Shown one piece after another: positions 40,504-53,812 of a stretch of DNA of 64,000 bases. Both the position numbers and the translations under genes were made by a program. Position 1 is the first letter of the stretch, and the number at the start of each line of letters is the position of its first letter. Under the pieces are notes generated by a model. It saw nothing but the letters and a program-made list of their open reading frames with translations. It ran no database searches and was not told the DNA's origin. Source of the DNA: Octopus sinensis (Eukaryota); the NCBI RefSeq assembly GCF_006345805.1, contig NC_042999.1, positions 104,904,001 to 104,968,000 on the forward strand, given 5' to 3'.

Positions 40504-40914
40504 TCGGAAAAGTAGCGTTCCTCAAAAGTAAACAACTATTGTTAGATACATTAAAACTCATCTGTAAGCTTGCAAACGTACACGTAAAACCGTGCACATA
40601 TAAAACTACATGCATACCCACATAAATACATACATATATAATAGAAACACACATGTGTATACGCATACAAATATACAAATTAACATATACGCGTATATAT
40701 CTACATATATATATACACAATAACGTATTTACGCAAACGAATATATTAAAAACTGTCTTGTGTATTGAATAATAAAATATGAAAATGGTACAATAAATTA
40801 ATGTAATATAATTAAGTGTAATTTAAATCTGAAAGATATAAATTTTAAAAATATGAATTTAAAAATTTAAATATGAAAATGAGTAAAAATTTAACCTCAG
40901 TGAAATTTAAATTA

Positions 40915-41985
40915 TAATTTGTAAACAGTTGAAGGTTTTCTTTAAAGTTGAAAAATGTAAAATGTTAAATGTAAAGGCAAAAAATGTACCAGAATTGTAA
41001 TATTAAATGATGTCTGTATTACGGTGCAAAGACGAAATTCAAATGCGAAAGCTAAAAATTATCGGTACGGTATGTTTTCACTTGGCATTTTACACATCGT
41101 AGCGTGTCGGCAGGTATTTAAAAGCTCCCCTCTTTTGGTTCAGTGCGTATTTATCCTGGAGCAGCATGAATAGTTTTTCAGTAAGGTAAAAAATGCTTCT
41201 TATTGGGCGTCTATATGCTCCATGCTTGTATGGTGCAGTTTTCGCCAAAATTGCCCAGGTTATTTTGAAAGGAGGTGCGTCATTTTCTTTCAACTGCCAG
41301 ACATGTTTACCAAGACTTGTTGCTGTCCTATTTTCGGGGTATTGAAATGAATTTCAGTGAGAATATAATCTAGTTTTGAAGGAATTTTCCGAAGTTCCTG
41401 TATATGTTTTGTATCCTTGCGAGCCCTCTATTTGTACCTTGGCTCTATAGACTATTCCTTTCTCAAGACAATTTCCTCTAAGAGGACAGTAACTTTGATC
41501 TTTATAATTGTAATTGTTTTGGTTAATTTCAGAATTTTGGTTAGTTCTAATGGTTTTTGCGTTGTGCTGGTCAACTAAAGATGCGAAGCTCTTGCAACAA
41601 GTATAGCTAACCTTCAGCGTTCTATTTAAAATTCTATAGAACTTATGGCTTTCTCGAAAGTGTTGAGACACTAGTTCTAAGACTTCTCTACCTATATTTG
41701 TTTTTATGGCAATGTTAAATGTCGGACTAAACCACAAATCTGTCCTTGTCCTATTTCTACGTGTTCTATAATTGTTAGTAGTAGTTTGAGTATACTGGAT
41801 GGTCTTCGAGAATTCATTGTTCCTTAATGTATTGCTATAATACGGCGCGGCATTTTGAAGCACTGTCTCTTCTGAAGATATGGATGGTATGCACCTCTCT
41901 ATATTGTTAACTAGACTTTTAAGAATTACGGATGGATGATTTGGTGATTTACTCCGTTATTTAACAGCAAGAAACCTTTTGCAGC
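40915..41985 (-). mobile_element. Penelope-like element remnant 1 (RT C-terminus, linker, GIY-YIG, 3' flank)
   Basis: QNAAPYY; LWFSPTFN..KTNIGRE; CPLRGNCLEKGIVYRAKV..TYTGTSENSFKTRLYSH; ITWAILAK..PY. Confidence 0.85.
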
Positions 41986-42602
41986 CTGCTACAAAATAAT
42001 GTTCAGTTTCGCTGCGATGATGCCTGAAGACTGAACGTTATGGCGGCACACTACTTTGGGTCTTGAATTCATTAAAATAACTTAAGTGGGGTAAAGAAAA
42101 CCCGAGTAATATTGTTTCTGTTGGATCTCTACCATTTCTTTCATCATAATACAAAATGTTGCTTTTCTATTAAGCGAGTCAGTAGATAAAAGAACGGTCG
42201 GCAAATAAATAGGAGAAATAACAGAGAAAATATTAACCACAATAAGCAAAAAAATAATAAATAAAAAAGACAAAACACACTCATATGCACAGACACACAC
42301 ACAGACACATACACACACACACACACTCACACACATGTATGATATATGATGAAATGACATGAATAGTTAATTAATTCTTGAGCATCGTATTCCATTTGAC
42401 TATGTAGTTTTCGAAGCTTGTATAGTTTTAAAATATTGTTGCTCTTCAGAAAAAAGGTAATGATGTCACATACACAATTCACTTACCTGTAAATATGCGG
42501 CCCTTTTTTCTAACTCTGAAATGAATATAAACACGCATTTATCCATGCGGTATTCATGCAAATCAGATTAATTTGATTTGTATATTTCAACTTCCATGGA
42601 GG

Positions 42603-42775
42603 TGTTTAAGAGTGCAGACTAATATATTCCATTACTCTAATTCTTTTCCTCGTTGACATGTTCTTTACTAAATGACCCCTCTCGGCAGTTTGAAATACAT
42701 AATGCTTGTACGGTTTTTGTCACTATTAGTAAGATTAGAATGACGCAGTTGCTTTAAACACGGGTTGTATCAATT
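42603..42775 (+). repeat. Unclassified ~175-bp dispersed repeat, copy 1 (copy 2 at 45524-45697, direct orientation)
   Basis: Shared AGACTAATAT, CTAAAT.ACCCCT, AAATACATAATGCTTGT, GATTAGAA, GCAGTTGCTTTAA, GGTTGTA. Confidence 0.7.
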
Positions 42776-43092
42776 CCCCAGATTTTTATACATGGTCGTG
42801 TTCATTGTTTATTACACGCTAACAGAAAGTAAATAATGCATTTTTGGTTTGAAAGTATGACTTTTAATACGTCACTAAATTTCTGTAATAATTTAAGTAG
42901 AAGTCACAGAACTGCTTCAAAGCCGATATAATATTACACAATTGTTTACGAGATTTTCAGTGCCCCAGCTACTTCACTGTTTTGAAGAAAAATTCAACAT
43001 AATCCAAGATATTTAGATTGAGAATATGCTACACTACAATGATTTTGATGGGATGAATGAAAACTTAGTTTTCAATTAGAGGCATGAGGAGC

Positions 43093-43175
<83 letters not shown>

Positions 43176-44167
43176 CGTATGTATGGATCTGTGTGCGTGT
43201 GTGTGTGCATGCGTTTGCGTCACTATTCAAAGAGTGCATTTAAAGGCCTAGTTTGGAAAAGCGAATTTATCGTTCATGAGTGCATTTATCAGTTCGTTTA
43301 TTATTTAGAAAATGTATCTTTTAAATGGATATCCGATTTGCGAATAGGCTTCGGATTTTCCTTTAAAGACAGATATTACGTCAGAAATGAAATATCAAGA
43401 ACCTGTACAGTAACACGTTTCTAAATTAGTTTTATTGAAAAGTTAATAAGATGATTGATGATGATTCATATAAGCAGGGCAAACACATACATGAATATAA
43501 ACGTAGAAACGTAGAAAGGCATAAACTCACTGACACACAGATAAACAGAGAAAAGCATCGGAACACATAACCAGATATGAATATTTATAAACAAGCACAA
43601 ATATAGCGTACGTGCCGGCACATTAACTTCAGCATTTGGCATCAGATAAATTCTGCTCGAACTCGTAGGTGGCAAGTACAATATAAACAGCTAACAGTCA
43701 GAAAGTAAATTGCAGGTAATGTCAAGTAAGTTTATAAACAAGAAGTCAGCAATAAATCATGAAGATCAGGAATAGGTTTTAGAGTGTAGTACAACATGTG
43801 AATTTAGTAAGTTATTCATTTAAATGCAATGACTCCATTTGACATAGGCTTAGGAATATTCAAGTTATAACTGTGTTTTCTTGGCGATTGACGGTTCCAA
43901 GAATTAAGCTGTGTAATAATATGGCTCAGTGACTACGTGTAAAGCACGAAGGAATTCGTTCCTGTAATACTGATAATCTTCAGTGTAGCTCTATATTAGT
44001 ATAATGGAATGAAGATAGATCGCCTAATTACAATTAGTAGTAACACGTCACCCATTTCACTTCTCATAAACATACACATATGCATGCATAAAGGTACACA
44101 CACGCATACATACATACACAAATACAAACATATATATACATGTGTATGTCTCTATATATGAATATAT

Positions 44168-44214
<47 letters not shown>

Positions 44215-44241
44215 GTATATGTGTATATATATATACATATA

Positions 44242-44536
44242 TAATAGCTATCGCCATACTAATATGGCATTCTTATAAAAATAAGAATAAAGCTGTCCGC
44301 TTATTAGCTCCATGAGGCCATCGCCTTAAGTTAGCTATTTGATACACAAACTGTATCCATATAACCTTCGAACAAGGGAGGTCAGTCGCTCCACACTACT
44401 TGATCGACAGCTACAGACGCGTTTCGGGGTATTGCCCCTTTTCAATGTAGCGTAGTCAGACCAGTAGGTGTCGCTTCCGACAATCCCTGTTCGAAGGTTT
44501 TATAAGAATGCCATATTAGTATGGCGATAACTATTA
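44242..44536. mobile_element. ~295-bp foldback (TIR-bounded) element containing a hammerhead ribozyme
   Basis: 39-bp inverted repeats 44242-44280 and 44498-44536 (1 mismatch), plus an inner IR AACCTTCGAACA(A)GGGA / TCCCTGTTCGAAGGTT. Confidence 0.75.
44410..44451 (-). ncRNA. Minimal type I hammerhead ribozyme (U3-A8 variant)
   Basis: Minus strand GCTACA-TTGAAAA-GGGG caata CCCC-GAAA-CGCG-TC/TGTAGC: 6-bp stem I, 4-bp stem II, palindromic stem III, GUC triplet. Confidence 0.75.
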
Positions 44537-44968
44537 ATTTCCAGGAACGCTGCCGTGTTCTCTTTTAGAGAGACTTAGTAATTTTAATATTTCTATACAT
44601 ATATATGTGGTTGATAAATATCAACCACAACTTAATAAAGCTCACTACTAACCTTACTAATATCAATAATCCCATTAATCCTCATATATCCCATATACCA
44701 TTCATATTCTATTAATAATATCTATCTTAGTTGCATCACTTTTAGAACTGCTTACATTCCTTGCATGCAATGGTTTCCCTCAGATACTATTTGACACAAT
44801 ACCGTTTCGAAATGGTTGTTGATTCAAGTTTCTTTTTATTTTTCTCCTATTTATACAACATGTAGTCTTATTACTTTGAAACCTATATATATATATACGC
44901 GTACACACACACACACATATATATATATATAGAGAGAGATATATAAATATATTTCCACTGCCATCCTT

Positions 44969-44999
<31 letters not shown>

Positions 45000-45065
45000 T
45001 ATATATATGAATCCAGTATTCGTTCTTTTTTACCCGTTCATATGTCTGTGAGTATGTACATATGT

Positions 45066-45130
45066 TTAAAGGTAGTGCTCCAGCATGGTCACGGTCAAAT
45101 GACGGAAACAAGTAAAAGAATGAAAGAATA
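45066..45130 (+). mobile_element. SINE family 1 3'-tail fragment
   Basis: GTGCTCCAGCATGGTCACGGTCAAATGACGGAAACAAGTAAAAGAAT. Confidence 0.7.
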
Positions 45131-45523
45131 TAGACACACACATATACACGTATATGTTCATAGAGATACAATTGAAATTCAGTGGCATAATAACTTACCC
45201 ACACGCAAAACGCATACACCTACACATCGTTGCATATCCAACACGCGCGCACAGGCGCATATACACCTCACTTCCTACTCTAACCTTCTCCGCATTTCAC
45301 TGTAGCATATGCATGCAAGGTAAGTAAGCACTATTCGCTCTTTCTTACCCTTTCAGAGCTCTCCATTTCTAAGAAAAAGTTTAGCTTATCCTTAACTTCC
45401 AATCTAACACCAGCTGTGTTAGAAATTATATTTTAAGTTGCACATGCATATACAACGCACAACGCAATGGTATGCACACACTATACACATATATGCACAA
45501 ACATATTTCGTCTTTCATGCAGA

Positions 45524-45697
45524 TGTTTAAAAAGGTAGACTAATATTTTCTATTAGACCCAGCATTTTCCTCTCGAAATACCTTTTTGCTAAATAACCCC
45601 TTGAAGCACTTTGAAAATACATAATGCTTGTGAGATGTTTGTCAATATTTGTATGATTAGAAAAAGGCAGTTGCTTTAACATAGGTTGTAACATTTC
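45524..45697 (+). repeat. Unclassified dispersed repeat, copy 2
   Basis: See 42603-42775. Confidence 0.7.
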
Positions 45698-46475
45698 AAA
45701 GGGTTTTCACAAATGCCTAGATATTTACGCATTTCTAGATTTAAAAAATCATATTTATATTAGATATGCACATGCACTAAAACATGTTTATAGTTTATTT
45801 GGAAAAGGCATACAGAATAAACAACACAAACACCAAAGCATAGCACATATACTAATGAGCACAAGCATTTTCACATCTTTACCTGTAGGCATTTATATAC
45901 CTGTGTTCAGCACACGGATCTTTACTTACCTTCTCACAAGAAAACAAAATTAAATTTGTGCATGCGCACGTTAATCTCAACACAATTCCATATGCAAACA
46001 ACACAGACACAGGCATAGAGTTGAGAACTCACAGGTCAAAAATGTGATTCAGATTACACAGGTATACACATGCAATCAAAAGATATCGCAGTATAAGCTG
46101 CATACGCAAGCACATCAAACATATATTCATGAATAATTGCACACAAGCGCACAAGCATTCAGATATGTCGCATGTACACGCATCTACACCTACGAAATAC
46201 GCACACATCTACGGATATACATCGAACCTAGCACAAATTCCAAACACGCCTATATTTTGCTATGCGCTAATATTTAACCACGGTATACACCATACATATG
46301 CATTAGCATTAGCAACTACCCTGCACTCTAAACCATATCGAAAAGACACTGAATGTGACTCAAACACCGACTCTTAACCACATAACATCCCGCGAGGCTG
46401 CTTCATTGATAGGAACCATTAGAAAGCAACATACTTTCCATCCCTCCTCCTTTTCTTAATTCTTCCCTTTCTCAG

Positions 46476-46561
<86 letters not shown>

Positions 46562-46891
46562 CGCACGCGCGTGTATCTCTCTGTCTGTCTGCTTGTCTGC
46601 TTCTCTCTCTCTATATATATATATTCATATGTATATATATAAATATATGTATATATATATGCTTATATATGTATATACACGTAAAAAATAAAGATTTGAA
46701 TGGTATAGCAATGCATTATAATATAGACAATGGGCTATTAACCTGTTGTAATTTAATCATGCATAGTCTAATATGATATTTCGGAATAATATTCCTTCTA
46801 CAGATATTCTTAGATGGAGTCGCTGCTATAATATGTGTGTATATATATGTATATATATATGTATGCATATATATATATATATATATTCTAT

Positions 46892-46932
<41 letters not shown>

Positions 46933-46964
46933 TATATATATATATATATATAAGATACATATAT

Positions 46965-47168
46965 AGGGTAGGTACCAGCCATTTCATCTCTCGAACATCT
47001 TATCATCTCACTCTTAGCTACTTTCACTTTCAGTTTCCTCCTCTCACACACTCTTCCAAACTCTACAACCAGTTTCCTCAGTTGCTCTTCCGAATCCGGC
47101 ACCGGTGCTGTATCATCAGTAAATAACAACTGACTCACCTGCCATTTCTCTCGATTTTCTCCCACCAT
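46965..47168 (-). mobile_element. RTE-clade RT fragment
   Basis: SQLLFTDDTA..DSEEQLRKLVVEFGRVCERRKLKVKVAKS. Confidence 0.8.
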
Positions 47169-47169
47169 T

Positions 47170-48090
47170 GTTGGGAAAGCGTTTCAAAATGCCGCGCTGT
47201 ATTATAATAATAACAATGCATTAAGAAACTGGATTCTTGGAGAACATCCGGTATAGTAAAAAACAACTAATAATAATAAAACGCATAGCACAAGAACTGG
47301 GGCAGTTTTGTGCTTTTATCCGACATTTAACATTGCCGTAATAACAGATATAGGCAGGGAATTCTTAAAACTAGTTTCCAAGCACTTTCAAGCAAGCCAT
47401 AAGTTCTATAGAATTTTTGATAGGAGAAAGCCGAAGGTTAACTATTCTTGTTGCAAGAGCTTCGCCTCTTTATTTAATCAGCTCAACGCAAAAATCATGA
47501 GAACTAACCACAGTGCTGGAAATAATAATAAGAGTTGTAATTATAAAGAACAAAGTTACTGTCCGTTTGAAGGAAATTGTCTAGAGAAAAGAATAGTATG
47601 TAGAGCTCAGGTGCAAATAGATGGCTCACAAGAATACAAGACACATACAGGAGCTTCGGAAAATTCCTTCAGGACTAGATTATATTCCTATCGAAATTCA
47701 TTTCGATACCCTGAAAATAGGATAGCAACGAGTCGCAATAAATATGTCAGCCAATTGAAAGAGAATGATGACCGTCCTTTCAAAATAAATGGACAATCTG
47801 GGGAAAGCAGTACCATATAAGCATGGAGCATATAGAGGCCCAATGACGCGTAATGTGCCTAACTGAAAAGTCTTTCATCCTGTTCCACGATAAATATGCA
47901 CTGACCCAAAGACGGAGGCATTTACATTCCTGCAGACACGCAGCGAAGTATAAAATGTCAAGTAAAAAAATACGGTACGGGTAATATTGACTTTCGCATT
48001 TGAATTCCACTTTTGCATCTACACACCGGCAACATTTAGTATAATATACATTTTACATTTTCGCCTTTCATGAAAACCTTCGACTAGACA
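47170..48090 (+). mobile_element. Penelope-like element remnant 2, inverted relative to remnant 1
   Basis: FQNAALYY; PTFNIAV.TDIGREFLKLVSKHF; CNYKEQSYCPFEGNCLEK..VCRAQV; homology extends into the AT-rich 3' flank. Confidence 0.85.
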
Positions 48091-49749
48091 CAAACTATAT
48101 ATGTTAATTTTTATTTTATTTTTATTTTTATCATCTCTATTTTCATTTATTTCTTGTAACTATTACTTTTAAATGCACCTTTTTCAAACATATGATTGTT
48201 TTTTCCATTGCACTTTAGCCCATAAAGTAGCTCTTAACGTTGATTTTGTAATGCATGTATAAGTGTTTAACATCACCCAAAACGTGTTTTAAATATATCG
48301 AATACCTGAATGTATTTTTAGTATTTAAAATTTTTTTTTATCAATATCTTTTATTATTTTATTATTATTATTACCTAATTATTTTACTTTCATTGTATTT
48401 ATTTGTCATTATTATTTTAGTGAGCTGGATAAGATATTCAGCGATATTTCACCAGTTGCTAAGTTTCTGATTTAAATTTCGCCGACTCAAAATTTTACTA
48501 ATTTTCAAAATTATATTGCACAAAATATTTTTAGCAATTAAATTTTAAAATTATAATAGATTTTATTAAATACACACCTCTGCAATTGTTCCTTCTTTCA
48601 ATATTTTTTATTTTTATTTATTTTTATTCTATTGCTATTCTTATATTAATATTCAATACAGCACATACACAGTTGTGAATATATACGTATGCGAATATAT
48701 GTATTGCGTCTGTATGTTTATGTAAATATGTATGTAGATATAAATGTATATACATATGTGTTTGTATATGTTTATATGTATATATGTATGTATTTTTGTG
48801 GGTATGTTTTTACAAATCTATTTATATGTGTGCATATACGGGCTAGACTTTACACACACGAAGGTATTACTGTATCTTATCTTTTCTTAGGAACGCTGTT
48901 TTCATTTCTCTTTCTCTCTTCTCTCCCCACTACTAATTATTCCGATTCTTTGTCATCTCTTTTCTTTTTCTCTTTTTCTAATTATCAAGGACAAAGTTGT
49001 ATATTAGAAACATTTTAGCACATACGCACAGGGACACATTGCGTGTATATAAGTGTGTAGATATCTATGTATACATTAGTAAATATATTCATATTAATAT
49101 TTGCCTGTATATGTTTGTATATATGAATGTATCAGGTTTTCTACATATTAGCGTACATATGTATACATGTTTTTAGTGTGTGCATTTATGAATGGATTTA
49201 TGTATGCGTTTGTATGTGAATGATGTGTGTCGATATATTTTTCTATTTTCATGCTTTTAGATTTTCTGTAAATGAATATTTTATTATAAACAGACGCACA
49301 TTTTAATTGAACTTATTTTAACATTAATTAATTTACTCTGGACATGTATGTTTTTCCTTCTAAACTAAAATTTATTTTTGATTTAAGGTTTTCTTCGATT
49401 TTACACAATGTGATATTTAATTTTACATCACCGTTTCTTAAAAAAAAACCCCGTTATTTGAAGCAACCGATAAAATGAAACCAACTTCAAATGCGTATCT
49501 GTCAATGTAAATTGTACACGATATTAATTCATATAACCTTGATTCATTACCATTCTTAATTACAACTGTCCGACGAACGGGAACGTGAAATTTTTTTGTG
49601 ATATTTTTGTGATGATTTTGCAGTTTTAATGATAAAGCATATTAATCTGCCTCCGGTATTCCAATACTATTTTTTCCCACCTTGTTTCAGATTTATGTGT
49701 TTGCTCTGTCGTGCACACACACACGAACTTATGCGCGCGCACACACACA

Positions 49750-49833
<84 letters not shown>
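49750..49833. repeat. (TATC)n tract upstream of copy G
   Basis: Seen directly. Confidence 0.95.
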
Positions 49834-49836
<3 letters not shown>

Positions 49837-49978
49837 TCCTTTTTCTTTTCTTTTCTTTTTTTCCTTTCTACGATCCCTTTTGATCGAAAACCTACCCCAT
49901 TTTTTTTCCCAAAAAGAAAAGCACTACTTTGTAACTTGTCCCGTCTGTGCCCAGCCCTGTGTGGCTAATAAAGAAATA
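49834..49978 (+). mobile_element. Tx1 family copy G (~145 bp, 3' terminus only)
   Basis: CGATCCCTTTTGATCG hairpin and GTAACTTGTCCCGTCTGTGCCCAGCCCTGTGTGGCTAATAAAGAAA, followed by TATC. Confidence 0.9.
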
Positions 49979-50213
49979 TATCTGTCCGTCTGTCTGTCTA
50001 TCTATATGCATGTGTGTATGTATGCGTCTGTATATACATATACACATATATACACACGCACAGACACATACACAGAGATACGGACAGGGAGACAGATACA
50101 CAGACACACACACAAACACACACATCTATTTCAAATACATACACATCTATCTAGCTCTCTGATTACTTGTATATGTATTTCTCTATGTAGCTACATGCAT
50201 AAGGTGCTTAAAG

Positions 50214-50246
<33 letters not shown>

Positions 50247-50283
50247 ATACACACACAAAAACACACACACATATATATATACA

Positions 50284-50337
<54 letters not shown>

Positions 50338-53300
50338 TATATGTGTATATATATACACATTCACGCATATTCGCGCGCACAAACAGAGATACGTACACGC
50401 CCATATGTGTGTTTGTGCGTTCGAAAATAAATAGCATTCTATACAAAATGTCACTAGACAATAGTTTATTTCAAAGCTTGTTTACTCGCAATTTAACCCC
50501 GATTGTCTGTAGGGATATATAGATGTCATCACATTGCACTACTGAAACAGTTTTTCATGTGTAAATCCTGATAACATGTAAACAGTGTTTCGATCTAATA
50601 TGAAATATTGTTCCAGAAGACTGCCTTATCAGGTGATGTATTATCTTACATTTTTTGTTTGTATTTGTTATTTTTTGTCTCTCCCGTCAGTTTCGATTGA
50701 GTACGTTCCTATTGTTGCGAGTATCAAGTTGAATTAAACCATTAAAAACAAAAACTACAAATCCAACATCTCATAATAGTAATTGATTAATATTGGCTAT
50801 ATTTTTTAATACGAGTTGCTCACATGAAGAATGGTGGTGAATAGCCTCTGACCTTTTGTCGTAGCTCTGACAGTGATATAAAGAAAGGGAAAGATAAACA
50901 ATGAATGATATGTTTGTAATGTAGGGGTCAAAATATAAAGACGTCGAGTTATTTCTAGGTTGGAGATCGCATCCGAATGCTTTCAAACAATATTCTTAAC
51001 TAAAAGGATCGAATGTCTAGGTGAGGTAGTCTGTTGATAAAACTAAAATCTATCACCAAACAAATATTTTGTCAAATCGATGTTGCTGTCTATACCATTT
51101 TTTGTCACAAAGCCTAGCAGGTTTCAAGATTATCTTAGAAAATATTTGCTTTAGGTAGCGTTCGACCCTGGAATCATTGTACGGTGAACCGAATTCACAG
51201 CATCAAGGCATTTGAAATCTCATTCCCGTCTTGAAATTCAAGGGGTGTATGGGTGATCGAGTTGATGAAGTGCTGCACAACCCAGCTAAATAATGCTGCT
51301 TTAGGGCTTCTCACTAATATTCTGGTATATGATTAACTACGGGACTTAAAGACGCCAATATTCGCAATTTAATAGGCTGAAAGTAGGTTTCATAATTTAG
51401 TACGCCTCAATGCTCTTTCATCTATTTCATTCTATTCTTTTACGATATTTAGTCATTTACTTGTTGCCAGCTTGACGAACAGACATTATGATTACAGTCG
51501 GTTATGTCGACCTCAACATTTACTTTAAACATCCCAGTAAATTGGAAGGCAAATTGGGTCTTGGTGGTATTTGAACTTAAACTTTAATAGTCGTATCTAA
51601 AAACTACAAGGAATTCTCTCGAATCCACACCGAATTTTGCAACGACTCATCTGTTATGACTTGCAATTTTAATGAAAACTATCTCCGTTGAAGAATCAGG
51701 AGACTCTACTGTCTGCACGTTGTTCTCTCTCAACCTACCCACCCAAAATGGAAAGATGATATGTTGGATGCTCGACTTTGAACTCGTAGACACTGATCCT
51801 TTACGTTCCAGAATTTTTTCTAACACTACATGACGTGTGTCGATAAATGAATTCCAGTCTATAAAATATAAACAGCTTCTTCGGTTGATATAATCGACTA
51901 TGTTACAATAAACAGCTGTGTCTCAGCATGGCAGCCATAAGAAAAATGTTTCCAACTACAATAATGACACCCTACACTGAGTAATAAATATAAAAAAGAA
52001 CTTTAGAAACATGCAGTTTTGGAGAGAAAACAATTGTAAAGATTATAGATAATACGACATAAGATGTATGACAAAATAAACTGAGCTGGTTAACTATAAT
52101 TAATATATATGTTGGATGGTACACGGTAAGAATTGTCCAGATAACCGATAGCTGTTACTACGGAAATATTACACAATGGAGAAAATATTGATCTTATAGT
52201 TAGAAGGCTAGCAGTGCGTTGGTGATTAATGACTAGAAATTGTAGGAATTTTCAACATTCATCATCAATGTTAACAAGGATATATTATTCTTACAAGTAA
52301 AATTTTTCAGGCAATTCCCTTCATAGTAAAGAGGAAAATATTTAAATATTTACATATACATTTTTATTAGATCCTTTACGTGTACATATAAACTGACTAG
52401 ACGATCGTTACCAGTTAGTGAAAAGTAACTACATAAAACAATAGTTTAATAGATAAGAACATTCCCACACGTAAGATTAGATGTAAAATGTCCAAGTTTG
52501 AATCCAGTCGAGTCACCTGTTGACGACCGGCAATGAAAAATATCGAAATGTTTTGTAGATGCATGATTAATAGTCTGAAAATTATTAACACATTAAGAAT
52601 AATAATTCATCTCCGGTATTTATATATTTAGTTATAACACAGCAAAATGGTACGGATGCAATATAGTGACGTCATTAATCGACAAGGAAATATATAAGGA
52701 TTCCCCCAAGGAGAAAGAAAAATCTAAAAATAGAAAGTAAAAAAAAATCCAGATAAGTTGCAATACATCTTTTTTCTCAGAATTCACATTGCATATTATA
52801 ATAGTAATTCCTTTAAAACTGACAGGTAAAATCAATGAACATGTTTTGGTCTATTTTGTCCTCATCAGTAAAATTGCACAATTCCCTTGACAGGACTAAG
52901 ACTATATAGAGACACACAGAATGCTCATTGCTGACATTTGGCGTCAGTGACGCTAAATATCAGCGATATATTAGGAGGGGAAATACATGAAATGGAAGTT
53001 CTATACTGAATATATGTTAATATAGTAAGTTGAAAAAGTGCGATCTGCTCACACTATGTTTTATTATAAAATTTCAGTTAAAAAAAGCTACGAAAAACAA
53101 CCTCTGTTAAATAACTTTAAACATTTTATAAAACTCTGTATACATAGAAAATTCTAGTCTTCTCAATAAATTAGGATTAGGGGATACATTACACCACATG
53201 ATTAGCAATAATTCAATGCATAATTTATAGGTTTATTCTGTTATACAGTTTAACATAAAAGCTCAATAAACGATCAATAATTACAGATATAACGGCAACC

Positions 53301-53812
53301 ATTCTTGAATGTGATGTTAAGTATCATCACTATCTGCTTCATTATAATTATCCTCATTATTACAACAGATTTCGCAGTTCAAATCACATCTGTGGAGATG
53401 AATTTTTTTGGTTTTGTGTTATCCTTGGATTGTTGGTAATAATAGGTTACAATCAAACATTGGTAATCGATTGCATCGATTGCGCCCACTCATAAAATAT
53501 ATGAAATAATTAAAAGAAAATCTTTTCATCATTAAAACAGACAGATGGATTAGCAAACTCAGTAGAGCGTCGGAAGGAATACCTTATATTATTTGTTCTG
53601 TCTCATTATCAAAGTCAACGTTAGTTTTGCATTTCATCCTTTCAGGAGTGATAAAATATCGATATAATCAACTAACAGTTCTTTGAAAATTGCTGGTCTT
53701 GTACATAAATTAGAAATAATTGTATTTTATAACAACAATAACAATAATAATAATAATCCTTTCTATTATAGACAAATTTGGTGGAGGGGATAGTCGATTA
53801 CATCAACCCAGT

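Noticed and set aside
40915-48090. One giant foldback with the hammerhead element at its axis (the Penelope pair's midpoint is about 44500)
   Set aside because: The intervening DNA is not mirror-symmetric (the 42603/45524 repeat is direct), and the Penelope arms are far more diverged than the 39-bp IRs. Treated as coincidence.
49565-49600. Hammerhead-like CCGACGA-ACG ggaa CGT-GAAA
   Set aside because: U4 is altered, and there is no stem III, cleavage triplet or stem I.
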